In this document: in pieces, positions 1 through 7,047 of the stretch | How the letters are laid out: every line of letters starts with the position of its first letter | Numbering within the stretch: position 1 is the first letter of the stretch | NCBI GenBank assembly: GCA_041623325.1 | Contig: JBFJXC010000031.1 | Coordinates: 1-19,131, forward strand | Length of the DNA: 19,131 nucleotides | Source of the DNA: Lentisphaeria bacterium | GTDB lineage: Bacteria; Verrucomicrobiota; Lentisphaeria; Oligosphaerales; JBFJXC01 | Reading direction: 5' to 3' | The notes under the pieces: generated by a model | Database searches by the model: none | Seen by the model: the letters and a program-made list of their open reading frames with translations, nothing else | Told to the model about the DNA's origin: nothing | Position numbers and translations under genes: made by a program

Positions 1-127
1 GTGGAGTGCACTGCACTGCCGCGCGGGCCGGGGGCCGGATTCGCGCAACGGGGCAATGGCGTCTATCTTTTGAATGTGGGGCCTCGCGCACCGGCGTCGC
101 AGACGCGCAGCAAAGGGAGGAATCAGT

Positions 128-472
128 ATGGGGACCGTCTACCACGAAGCCAATCTGTCGGAGCAGACCAAGGACATCCACCGCGCTCTGGCCAGCCTTC
201 AGGAGGAGCTGGAGGCCACCGACTGGTACAACCAGCGCTTGGATGTGGCCGCTGATGCTGCCTTGAAGTCCGTTCTGGAACACAACCGCAACGAGGAAAT
301 CGAGCACGCCTGCATGCTGCTGGAATGGTTGCGTCGCCGGATGCCGGTCTTCGACCGCACCTTGCGGACCTACCTCTTTACCAGCGCGCCGATTACGGCC
401 CTGGAGGAGCAGGAGCCAGGTTCCGAGGCGAAGCCGGCGCCGGGCCGTCTCCGCATCGGGAACCTTCACTAG
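128..472 (+). CDS. Encapsulin-associated ferritin-like cargo protein (EncFtn) with C-terminal targeting peptide
   Basis: ATG at 128 preceded by the RBS AAGGGAGG. The 114-aa product carries the EncFtn hallmark motifs (EELEATDWYNQRLD, EHNRNEEIEHACMLLEWLRR, LRTYLFTSAPITA), matching my recollection of Rhodospirillum rubrum EncFtn. The C-terminal tail GRLRIGNLH resembles the GSLxIGSL cargo-loading peptide. The stop lies 23 nt before the shell gene. Confidence 0.8.
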   Translation: MGTVYHEANLSEQTKDIHRALASLQEELEATDWYNQRLDVAADAALKSVLEHNRNEEIEHACMLLEWLRRRMPVFDRTLRTYLFTSAPITALEEQEPGSEAKPAPGRLRIGNLH

Positions 473-495
473 TCAACCCAAGGGAGGGCCTATCA

Positions 496-1293
496 ATGGA
501 TATATTCAAACGTTCACTGGCGCCGGTTTCGGATTCTGCTTGGGAGGCCATCGGCCAGCAGACGGCCAGGACCCTGAAGGGGTGCCTATCGGCCCGCAAA
601 CTGGTCGACTTCGACGGCCCCCGCGGCCTGGAGTTGGGGGCGGTCAACTTGGGCAGGCTCAAGCCTGGCGAGAGCGAGCCGGTTTCGGGAGTGAGCTGGG
701 GCATCCGCCAAAATCTGCCCTTGGTCGAAATTCGGATTCCGTTCGCGCTGGAGATTTGGGAGCTGGACAATATTGACCGCGGCTCTTTGACGCCCGAACT
801 GGAGGCGGTGGGGGCGGCGGCCTACCAGGCGGCGTTGTTCGAAGAGAAGGCCGTGTACAACGGGCTGGAGGAGGCCTGCATTCAGGGAATCGCCCCGCAA
901 AGCCCCCATAAAGCGCTCCCCATGGCCAAGAGTGTCGACAAGGTGGTCGCCACCCTTGAAAAGGCGATGGTGACCCTGGAGAAATCCGGGGTTGGGGGTC
1001 CGTATGCCTTGGTTTTGGGGGAGAAATACTTCAGCATGCTGATGGCCGGCGACTTGCCGGATTATCCGCTAAAAAAGCGGATCGAGGAAATGCTGCGGGG
1101 TGGGATCCACTGGAGCCCGGCGTTGGAGGGCGGTCTGTTGCTGAGCCGGCGGGGCGGGGACTTTCGCCTGACGGTGGGGCAGGACCTGGAAGTAGGCTAC
1201 GCCAGCCACGATTCCAAGCGGGTGAACCTCTACGTGACCGAATCCTTCACCTTCCAGGTGTTGGAGGCCGCGGCGGCGGTGGTCTTGACCTGA
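496..1293 (+). CDS. Family 1 encapsulin nanocompartment shell protein (HK97-fold, linocin M18-like)
   Basis: ATG at 496 with the RBS AAGGGAGG 7 nt upstream. The 265-aa product aligns closely with my recollection of the Thermotoga maritima encapsulin: MDIFKRSLAPVSDSAWEAI, LPLVEIRIPFALEIWELDNIDRG, GGPYALVLGEKYFSML, SRRGGDFRLTVGQDLEVGY, YVTESFTFQV. Confidence 0.9.
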   Translation: MDIFKRSLAPVSDSAWEAIGQQTARTLKGCLSARKLVDFDGPRGLELGAVNLGRLKPGESEPVSGVSWGIRQNLPLVEIRIPFALEIWELDNIDRGSLTPELEAVGAAAYQAALFEEKAVYNGLEEACIQGIAPQSPHKALPMAKSVDKVVATLEKAMVTLEKSGVGGPYALVLGEKYFSMLMAGDLPDYPLKKRIEEMLRGGIHWSPALEGGLLLSRRGGDFRLTVGQDLEVGYASHDSKRVNLYVTESFTFQVLEAAAAVVLT

Positions 1294-1362
1294 CTTGGGG
1301 AGATCGGATCCGAATTTCAGCTTGTACCAGGGCCCGTTTTCCCTAGAATCCGGGGCTGGTTG

Positions 1363-1390
1363 TTGATTTCGCGGAATCTGGCAATAAAAT
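1363..1390 (+). promoter_or_regulatory. Sigma70-like promoter candidate (TTGATT, 16 nt spacer, TAAAAT) upstream of the purA leader
   Basis: Hexamers read directly from the sequence: TTGATT at 1363-1368 and TAAAAT at 1385-1390. The region is AT-rich, so this could be a chance match. Confidence 0.3.
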
Positions 1391-1421
1391 ACGTGGGCAA
1401 AATGAAAACCGTTTTCCGGCA

Positions 1422-1452
1422 GCCCGATCGCGCATGATCGGGCTTTTTTTTT
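1422..1452 (+). terminator. Rho-independent terminator-like hairpin after the encapsulin operon
   Basis: The 8-bp stem GCCCGATC (1422-1429) pairs with GATCGGGC (1436-1443) around a 6-nt loop, followed by T9 at 1444-1452. Confidence 0.6.
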
Positions 1453-1463
1453 GGAGTATCAGC

Positions 1464-1485
1464 GGCCGCTGCCCAGACAGCGGCC
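1464..1485 (+). promoter_or_regulatory. GC-rich 8-bp hairpin in the purA 5' leader
   Basis: GGCCGCTG (1464-1471) pairs with CAGCGGCC (1478-1485) around the loop CCCAGA, about 20 nt upstream of the purA ATG. Confidence 0.3.
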
Positions 1486-1505
1486 AGAAGCGGCGAGGTC
1501 CGAAT

Positions 1506-2786
1506 ATGGCGAATACCGTGCTAGTTGGCCTGCAGTGGGGCGACGAGGGAAAAGGCAAGATCATCGACGTGTTGACCAAACACGCCGACGTGGTGGTGCG
1601 TTTTCAGGGCGGCAACAATGCTGGACACACCGTGGAGATCGGGGACCAGAAGTTCGTCCTGCATTTGATACCCTCCGGCATTCTGCGTCAAGAGGCCCTC
1701 TGCGTGATCGGCAACGGCCTGGTCGTGGATGTGCTCGGCCTTCACGAGGAGATTCTGGGGCTGGAGGCCCGGGGAATCGAAGTGGACAGCCGCTTGCAAA
1801 TCAGCAGTCGCTGCCAGCTGGTGTTCAACTATCACCGCCGCCTTGACAGCCTCAAGGAGCTGAGCCTGGGTAGTGGCAAGATCGGCACGACTGGCCGAGG
1901 CATCGGACCGGCTTATGCCGACAAGGTCAACCGCGTCGGGTTGCGCGGCTCCGAGCTCTGCCATCCCAAGCGACTGGAGGAGCATTTCCGGGCTCAGTCG
2001 GAGGCTCACAACGCGATTTTCCGGCAGGCCGGGGTCGAACCGCTGGACATCGATGCCGAGTGGGAAAAGCTGCAGCCGGCCGTGGCCAAGCTGGCCCCCA
2101 TGGTGTGCGACACGGTCCTGACCGTGAACCGGGCTATCGAGGCCAATCAGAATGTGCTGTTCGAGGGTGCCCAGGGCACCTGGCTGGACGTGGACTACGG
2201 CACCTATCCTTTTGTGACCAGCAGCAATACCACCGTCGGGGGCGCCTGCACTGGCACCGGGGTGGCCCCCACCAGGATCGGACACGTGGTGGGCATTGCC
2301 AAGGCCTATACCACCCGCGTGGGCGAGGGGCCCTTTCCCACCGAGCTGTTCGATGAGGTCGGCAAGCACTTGGGCAAGGTCGGCCATGAATTCGGCGCCA
2401 CCACCGGACGGCCCCGCCGCTGTGGTTGGTTCGACGCCGTGGCCACCCGTTACGCCGCCATGCTCAACGGAGTGACCGACGGCCTGGTCGTGACCAAGCT
2501 GGACGTGCTCGATGGCCTGGAAACCATCAAGATCTGCACCGCCTACGAGTTGGACGGCCAGCGCATCACCGACATGCCCTCCGACAACGAGGACATCGCC
2601 CGGGTCGTGCCGGTTTACGAAGAGCATCCGGGCTGGATGCAATCCACCGAGAACGTCAACAGCTGGGATGACCTGCCCGAACTGGCCCGCAAGTACCTGT
2701 GTCGGATCGAGGAACTGCTGAAGGCCAAGCTGGAGATCGTGTCGGTGGGTCCGCGCCGCGCTCAGACGTTCAAGGTTTCGCGGTAG
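1506..2786 (+). CDS. purA: Adenylosuccinate synthetase
   Basis: ATG at 1506 with GAGG 8 nt upstream. The product carries the GTP-binding N-terminus LQWGDEGKGKIID, GGNNAGHTV, GTTGRGIGPAY and ATTGRPRRCGW. At 426 aa the length is typical. Confidence 0.95.
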   Translation: MANTVLVGLQWGDEGKGKIIDVLTKHADVVVRFQGGNNAGHTVEIGDQKFVLHLIPSGILRQEALCVIGNGLVVDVLGLHEEILGLEARGIEVDSRLQISSRCQLVFNYHRRLDSLKELSLGSGKIGTTGRGIGPAYADKVNRVGLRGSELCHPKRLEEHFRAQSEAHNAIFRQAGVEPLDIDAEWEKLQPAVAKLAPMVCDTVLTVNRAIEANQNVLFEGAQGTWLDVDYGTYPFVTSSNTTVGGACTGTGVAPTRIGHVVGIAKAYTTRVGEGPFPTELFDEVGKHLGKVGHEFGATTGRPRRCGWFDAVATRYAAMLNGVTDGLVVTKLDVLDGLETIKICTAYELDGQRITDMPSDNEDIARVVPVYEEHPGWMQSTENVNSWDDLPELARKYLCRIEELLKAKLEIVSVGPRRAQTFKVSR

Positions 2787-2810
2787 TCCGGAAGCCTCGA
2801 GGGAGCAGGT

Positions 2811-3533
2811 ATGGCTGACCAGGACAGTGCAGCTCCGCGCCATGTGGCCATGATCATGGACGGCAATGGCCGCTGGGCCCGGGAGCGCGGCTTGTCGCGC
2901 CTTGAAGGGCATCGGGCCGGGGCCGAGACGGTGCGCCGCATGGTCGAGGCCTGCGCCCAGTTGAAAATCCCCTATCTGACGCTCTACGCCTTCAGCACCG
3001 AAAACTGGCAGCGCCCCAAGGCCGAGGTGGCCGCTCTGATGCAGCTGCTGCAGAGCTTTCTGACCAAGCGGCTTCCAGACCTGCGGAAACACAAGATCCG
3101 CCTGAACGCCATCGGCGAGCTCGAGCGCTTGCCTCCCCGGGTGCTTGAGGCCCTGACCAAGGCCATGGAAGCCACCCGCGACGGCACCGGCGGCACCCTG
3201 ACCCTGGCCTTGAGCTACGGATCGCGCCTGGAAATTGTCGCCGCCGCCCGCGCCCTGGCCCGCAAGGTACAGGCCGGGGAACTGGCGCCCGAGGCGATTA
3301 CCGAAGAGCTGCTCAGCGCGCATTTGTACACGGCCGATTTGCCCGACCCTGATTTGATTATCCGCACTAGCGGCGAGCTGCGGTTGAGCAACTTTCTGTT
3401 GTGGCAGGCCTCGTATGCCGAATTGTGGGTCACCCCCACCTGCTGGCCTGATTTCAGCGCGGACGAGTTCCGGGGGGCCATCGCGGAGTTTAACCGGCGG
3501 CAACGCCGTTTTGGAGGAGTCGATCATGCTTAG
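2811..3533 (+). CDS. uppS: Isoprenyl transferase / undecaprenyl-diphosphate synthase
   Basis: HVAMIMDGNGRWA and AFSTENWQRP are the cis-prenyltransferase signatures. The 240-aa length fits. Confidence 0.9.
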   Translation: MADQDSAAPRHVAMIMDGNGRWARERGLSRLEGHRAGAETVRRMVEACAQLKIPYLTLYAFSTENWQRPKAEVAALMQLLQSFLTKRLPDLRKHKIRLNAIGELERLPPRVLEALTKAMEATRDGTGGTLTLALSYGSRLEIVAAARALARKVQAGELAPEAITEELLSAHLYTADLPDPDLIIRTSGELRLSNFLLWQASYAELWVTPTCWPDFSADEFRGAIAEFNRRQRRFGGVDHA

Positions 3534-4425
3534 AAAACGAATGGCCAGCGCCGCGGTTCTGGGAACCATGCTGGCGGCCGCCTTCTTCATTCCCGGCCAG
3601 GTCGGTGCCGGGATCTTCATGCTGCTGTCCGCCGCCATGCTGCTGGTGGGCATTCAGGAATTCTTCCGGTTGACCAAGCCGGTCAGCGGCGGCGGCTATC
3701 CGGTTCTGACCAGCGTCTTCGGGCTGCTGATTCTGCTGTCCATGGGCACCCGGGCCTTCTTCGGCATGCCCGCGGCCGTCACCGGCTGGCACACCGCCGC
3801 TCCCGCCCTGGTCTGCTTCATCCTCTGTGTCTTCATTCACATCTTCAACCATCCCGACCGACTCCGGGAGGGCCTGGACCGGCTCTTCACCTCCCTGGCC
3901 TGCATCATCTGGGTCTGCTGGAGCCTCAGCTTCATCCCCGCCCTCTATTTCAGTTCTCCGCTCGACCAGATGGCCGGGCGGCTGCTGGTGGTGTATCTGA
4001 TTATTGTCACCAAGTCCGGCGATGTGGGCGCCTACACGGTCGGTTCGCTGACCGCCAAGCGGCCCCAGGGCAACCACAAAATGGCTCCGGCCCTCAGCCC
4101 CAAGAAAAGCTGGGAAGGTTTCGCGGGGGGCATGGCAACCTGCGTGCTGACCGCCTTGGTCCTTAACGGACTTTTCGGCCGGCATTTGACTCTGGAAGGA
4201 GTGCGGGTGGTCGGTTTCTGGGGGTCCGTTCTGGTGGGCGTGATGGCCGCGGTGCTGGGCTTTATCGGCGATGTGGCCGAATCGACTCTGAAACGGGCGG
4301 CCAAGGCCAAGGATTCCGGCTGGATTCCCGGTTTGGGGGGGGTTCTGGACGTGGTCGACAGCCTGGTCTTCGTGGCCCCGCTGTTCTACGTCTGGGTTCG
4401 CTTGGTCGCCTCCCTGCCACACTGA
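3526..4425 (+). CDS. cdsA: Phosphatidate cytidylyltransferase (CDP-diglyceride synthase)
   Basis: ATG at 3526 overlaps the uppS stop by 8 nt and has GGAGGA upstream. The product is polytopic and carries the C-terminal CdsA signature KRAAKAKDSGWIPGLGGVLDVVDS. The uppS-cdsA order is conserved in many bacteria. Confidence 0.85.
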   Translation: MLRKRMASAAVLGTMLAAAFFIPGQVGAGIFMLLSAAMLLVGIQEFFRLTKPVSGGGYPVLTSVFGLLILLSMGTRAFFGMPAAVTGWHTAAPALVCFILCVFIHIFNHPDRLREGLDRLFTSLACIIWVCWSLSFIPALYFSSPLDQMAGRLLVVYLIIVTKSGDVGAYTVGSLTAKRPQGNHKMAPALSPKKSWEGFAGGMATCVLTALVLNGLFGRHLTLEGVRVVGFWGSVLVGVMAAVLGFIGDVAESTLKRAAKAKDSGWIPGLGGVLDVVDSLVFVAPLFYVWVRLVASLPH

Positions 4426-4529
4426 GCCCGGTCCCGGGGCGATGGGGGGGCCTCGACCGTGGGGGTCAGCGCCCAGGGCTGCAGGGCTTGGCACACGGCA
4501 AGATGGTCCGCCAAGCGCCCCGCCGTCGG

Positions 4530-5393
4530 CTACTCGCTTCCCATCAGGTACATGTTTTTGACTTCCTGTTCGGTGAGGGCGCGCTTCCAGTAGGCGATCT
4601 CATCGATCCAGCCATTGAAGGTGTTGTTGCCTACGGCCGGCTTGCCGGAACGAATGCGCCCGGTGAAGGCGAAATCCGTGGTCGGCGAGTAGGGCTTTTC
4701 GCCGACTTTTACGCCGTCCACGTAGAGTCTGGCCATGCCGCCGGTCTCGAAGGTCATCACCGCCTGGTGCCACTTGCCGTCGATTAATTTCCTGGTGTCG
4801 GAGAGCGTGCCTGTCCCCGTGTGGAAATAGGCTTGGACAGCGCCGGTCGAAGTCAGATTAAGGTGAATTTCGTCCTGGCTGCCGTAGCCGTCTCCGTCGT
4901 CGTCGGCACTGCCGTAGAAAAGCATCGCCTTGGCGTCCGATTTGACGCGCAGAACTTTAAAGGAGACCATGGCGGTGCCGTTGTCGTTTTTGTATTGGTG
5001 GCTGCCATCCTTCCCCAAGGTCATGAGACTGCTGGAGGTGCCGTTGAAGTATAGGCCGGCCTTGCTGGGCCACCGTCCTTTGTACCAGGCAGTGCCCGTC
5101 CCTTTGGCGCCATGGTGCCTCTCGGGATCATAGTTCTCGATATCGACCCCAACGGCCATGTTGGTCACCCGGCCAGTCTCGCGCGAGTCTTCGAAGGTCC
5201 AGTAGCCCACGAGCAGCTCATCGATTCGCATCTGGCTACTGTATCCCAGCCAGCGGCCGTACTTGGCCCGCTGCCGGGCCGTCGAGAGCGCCGGCAGCAG
5301 CATGGAGGCCAAAATGGAGATGATGCTGATGACCACCAACAGCTCGATGAGGGTGAACGGGGCAGCGGTCGGGCGAGTTCGTTTGAGTGACAT
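4530..5393 (-). CDS. Prepilin-type N-terminal cleavage/methylation-domain protein with C-terminal LamG (concanavalin A-like) domain, paralogue 1
   Basis: ATG (CAT at 5391-5393) is preceded by GGAGGA. The N-terminus MSLKRTRPTAAPFTLIELLVVISIISILASMLLPAL is a type IV pilin-like helix. The C-terminal region has the LamG pattern KWHQAVMTFETGG...RLYVDGV. Confidence 0.8.
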   Translation of the reverse strand: MSLKRTRPTAAPFTLIELLVVISIISILASMLLPALSTARQRAKYGRWLGYSSQMRIDELLVGYWTFEDSRETGRVTNMAVGVDIENYDPERHHGAKGTGTAWYKGRWPSKAGLYFNGTSSSLMTLGKDGSHQYKNDNGTAMVSFKVLRVKSDAKAMLFYGSADDDGDGYGSQDEIHLNLTSTGAVQAYFHTGTGTLSDTRKLIDGKWHQAVMTFETGGMARLYVDGVKVGEKPYSPTTDFAFTGRIRSGKPAVGNNTFNGWIDEIAYWKRALTEQEVKNMYLMGSE

Positions 5394-5571
5394 GCATAGT
5401 CCTCCAGGTTGGATGTGTGAAAGACCCACCGAGTGTGAGGGTACCCTATGGTGGAGGGCTAGAAACTTAAAATCGTCCTAAGATTGGCAACCACCTCTGA
5501 GCGCCCGCCACTAAAGGCTGAGCCGGTTCAAGAGTGGCCCTCGCGCGCAGGTCCTGTGCATAATGCAGTGG

Positions 5572-5599
5572 ATTATACACCGGATCGCCGCCGGGGCAA
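5572..5599 (-). promoter_or_regulatory. Sigma70-like promoter of paralogue 1 (-35 TTGCCC, 16 nt spacer, -10 TATAAT on the minus strand)
   Basis: Reverse complement of 5572-5577 reads TATAAT and of 5594-5599 reads TTGCCC. Copy 2 carries the same arrangement. Confidence 0.4.
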
Positions 5600-5836
5600 G
5601 TGCGGTGAGGAACACATTGACCGGTCCAGGCAGGCAGCGAGGGTGTTTTGGGTCGTGGACAGCGCCTTCGGCTACAGAAGGCCCGGGGGGAAACGAACGG
5701 CCTTGGGCGGTCAAAGCCAGCCGCCACCGGCGAGTTCGTGTGTCTTAATACCGGATGCCTCGATCGTGGGGGTCAGCGCTCAGGGCTGCAGGGCTTGGCG
5801 CACGGCAAAATGGTCCGCCAAGCGCCCCGCCGTCGG

Positions 5837-6709
5837 CTACTCGCTTCCCATCAGGTACATGTTTTTGACTTCCTGCTCGGACAGGGCGCGATTCCAGTAG
5901 GCGGCCTCGTCGATCCAGCCCTTGAAGCGGCGGTCGTTGTTGCCGGCCCTCCCGAGATAAATGCCACCGGTGAAAGCGAAATCGCCGGCCTTCTTGACGT
6001 AGTCCTTTTCGGCCACTTTGACGCCGTCGACATAGAGTCTGGCCTTGCCGCCGGTCTCGTAGGTCATGACGGCCTGGTGCCACTTGCCATCGACCAGGTT
6101 CCGGCTGTCGGAGAGCCTGCCTGAGCTCCCGTCCCCGAGGTGGAAATAGGCTTGGGCCGCACCGTTGTCCTGGAGATGCAGGTGCATTTCGCGTTCCGCG
6201 CTGCCCAATCCGTCTCCGACATCCTTACAGCCGTAGAAGAGCATGTAACGGTCAGAGGGCTTGTTTAAGGCTTTGAAGGAGACCATGGCCGTGCCGTTGT
6301 CGCTCTTGTACTGGTGGCGGCCCTTGGTGGCCAACGACACATTGCTGTTGCTGTAGCCGGGGAAATAGACGGCGGCCTTGCTGGGCCATCGCCCCTTGTA
6401 CCAGGCCGCGCCGGCGCCTTTGCTGCCATGGTGCCGTTCGGGATCGTAGTTTTCCACATCCACACCAGCGGCCATGTTGGTTACTTGGTCAGTTTCGCGC
6501 GCGTCTTCGAAGTGCCAGTAGCCCACGAGCAGCTCATCGATTCGCATCTGGCTACTGTATCCAAGCCAGCGGCCGTACTTGGCCCTTTGCCGAGCCGTCG
6601 CCAGCGCCGGAAGTAGCATGGAGGCCAAAATCGAGATGATGCTGATGACCACCAGCAGCTCGATGAGGGTGAACGGGGCAACGGTCCGGCGAGATCGCGT
6701 GATTGACAT
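5837..6709 (-). CDS. Prepilin-type N-terminal helix plus LamG-domain protein, paralogue 2
   Basis: ATG (CAT at 6707-6709) with the RBS GGAGGAT. The product begins MSITRSRRTVAPFTLIELLVVISIISILASMLLPAL and carries the LamG motif KWHQAVMTYETGGKARLYVDGV. The first 60 aa and the last 15 aa are near-identical to paralogue 1. Confidence 0.8.
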   Translation of the reverse strand: MSITRSRRTVAPFTLIELLVVISIISILASMLLPALATARQRAKYGRWLGYSSQMRIDELLVGYWHFEDARETDQVTNMAAGVDVENYDPERHHGSKGAGAAWYKGRWPSKAAVYFPGYSNSNVSLATKGRHQYKSDNGTAMVSFKALNKPSDRYMLFYGCKDVGDGLGSAEREMHLHLQDNGAAQAYFHLGDGSSGRLSDSRNLVDGKWHQAVMTYETGGKARLYVDGVKVAEKDYVKKAGDFAFTGGIYLGRAGNNDRRFKGWIDEAAYWNRALSEQEVKNMYLMGSE

Positions 6710-6889
6710 GTCTTATCCTCCAGTTCGGATGCGTGATAGACCCACCGAGTGTTAACGTCCACCCTGTGATGGGGCTGGAAACTTAAGATCGTCCTAGGAC
6801 TGGCCTTCAACCTGCTGAACGCCCGCCACTAAAGGCTGAGCCGGTTCAAGAGCGGCCCTCGCGCGCAGGTCTGGTGCATAATGCAGTGG

Positions 6890-6918
6890 ATTATACACCG
6901 GATCGCGGCAAGAGGCAA
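6890..6918 (-). promoter_or_regulatory. Sigma70-like promoter of paralogue 2 (-35 TTGCCT, 17 nt spacer, -10 TATAAT on the minus strand)
   Basis: Reverse complement of 6890-6895 reads TATAAT and of 6913-6918 reads TTGCCT. Confidence 0.4.
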
Positions 6919-7047
6919 GTAGAATCGTAGCCATTAGTCGACTTTAGGCAGTCAGCGGGGGTGTGCCGGGTGAATGGGGCATGGCCTTGGGAAAAGGCTT
7001 GGGGCGGCCGGTCTCTGGCCAAGGGCCATTCCGGGCGGGAAGCCAGA

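Larger units (their letters stand above)
4451..5600. repeat. Tandem duplication unit 1 (about 1.15 kb: 3' flank, paralogue gene, 5' leader and promoter)
   Basis: Read directly from the sequence: 4451-4529 is near-identical to 5758-5836, and 5394-5600 is highly similar to 6710-6919. The coding cores are about 70% identical at the amino-acid level. Confidence 0.85.
5758..6919. repeat. Tandem duplication unit 2
   Basis: See unit 1. A 157-bp unique spacer (5601-5757) separates the two units. Confidence 0.85.

Noticed and set aside
1434-1505. An upstream start for purA (MIGLFFWSISG...)
   Set aside because: It overlaps the terminator T-tract. The conserved PurA N-terminus begins at the ATG at 1506 with an RBS.
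1521-3653. A 710-aa minus-strand ORF
   Set aside because: It is antisense to purA and uppS, low-complexity and Ala/Gly/Pro-rich, and is a typical high-GC shadow ORF. The plus-strand genes have unambiguous homology.
3490-4494. A 334-aa minus-strand ORF
   Set aside because: It is antisense to cdsA and has shadow-ORF composition.
4426-4529. A possible bidirectional terminator between the convergent cdsA and paralogue 1
   Set aside because: Only a 7-bp stem with a 17-nt loop (GCTTGGC...GCCAAGC) and no U-tract on either strand. It is part of the duplicated 3' flank. I recorded it as part of the repeat, not as a terminator.
4488-4787. Plus-strand ORFs (4488..4787 and 5648..6124) sharing an identical MAHGKMVRQAPRRRLLASHQVHVFDFL N-terminus
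   Set aside because: They are antisense read-throughs of the duplicated 3' ends of the two LamG paralogues. The identity reflects the duplication, not a real gene.
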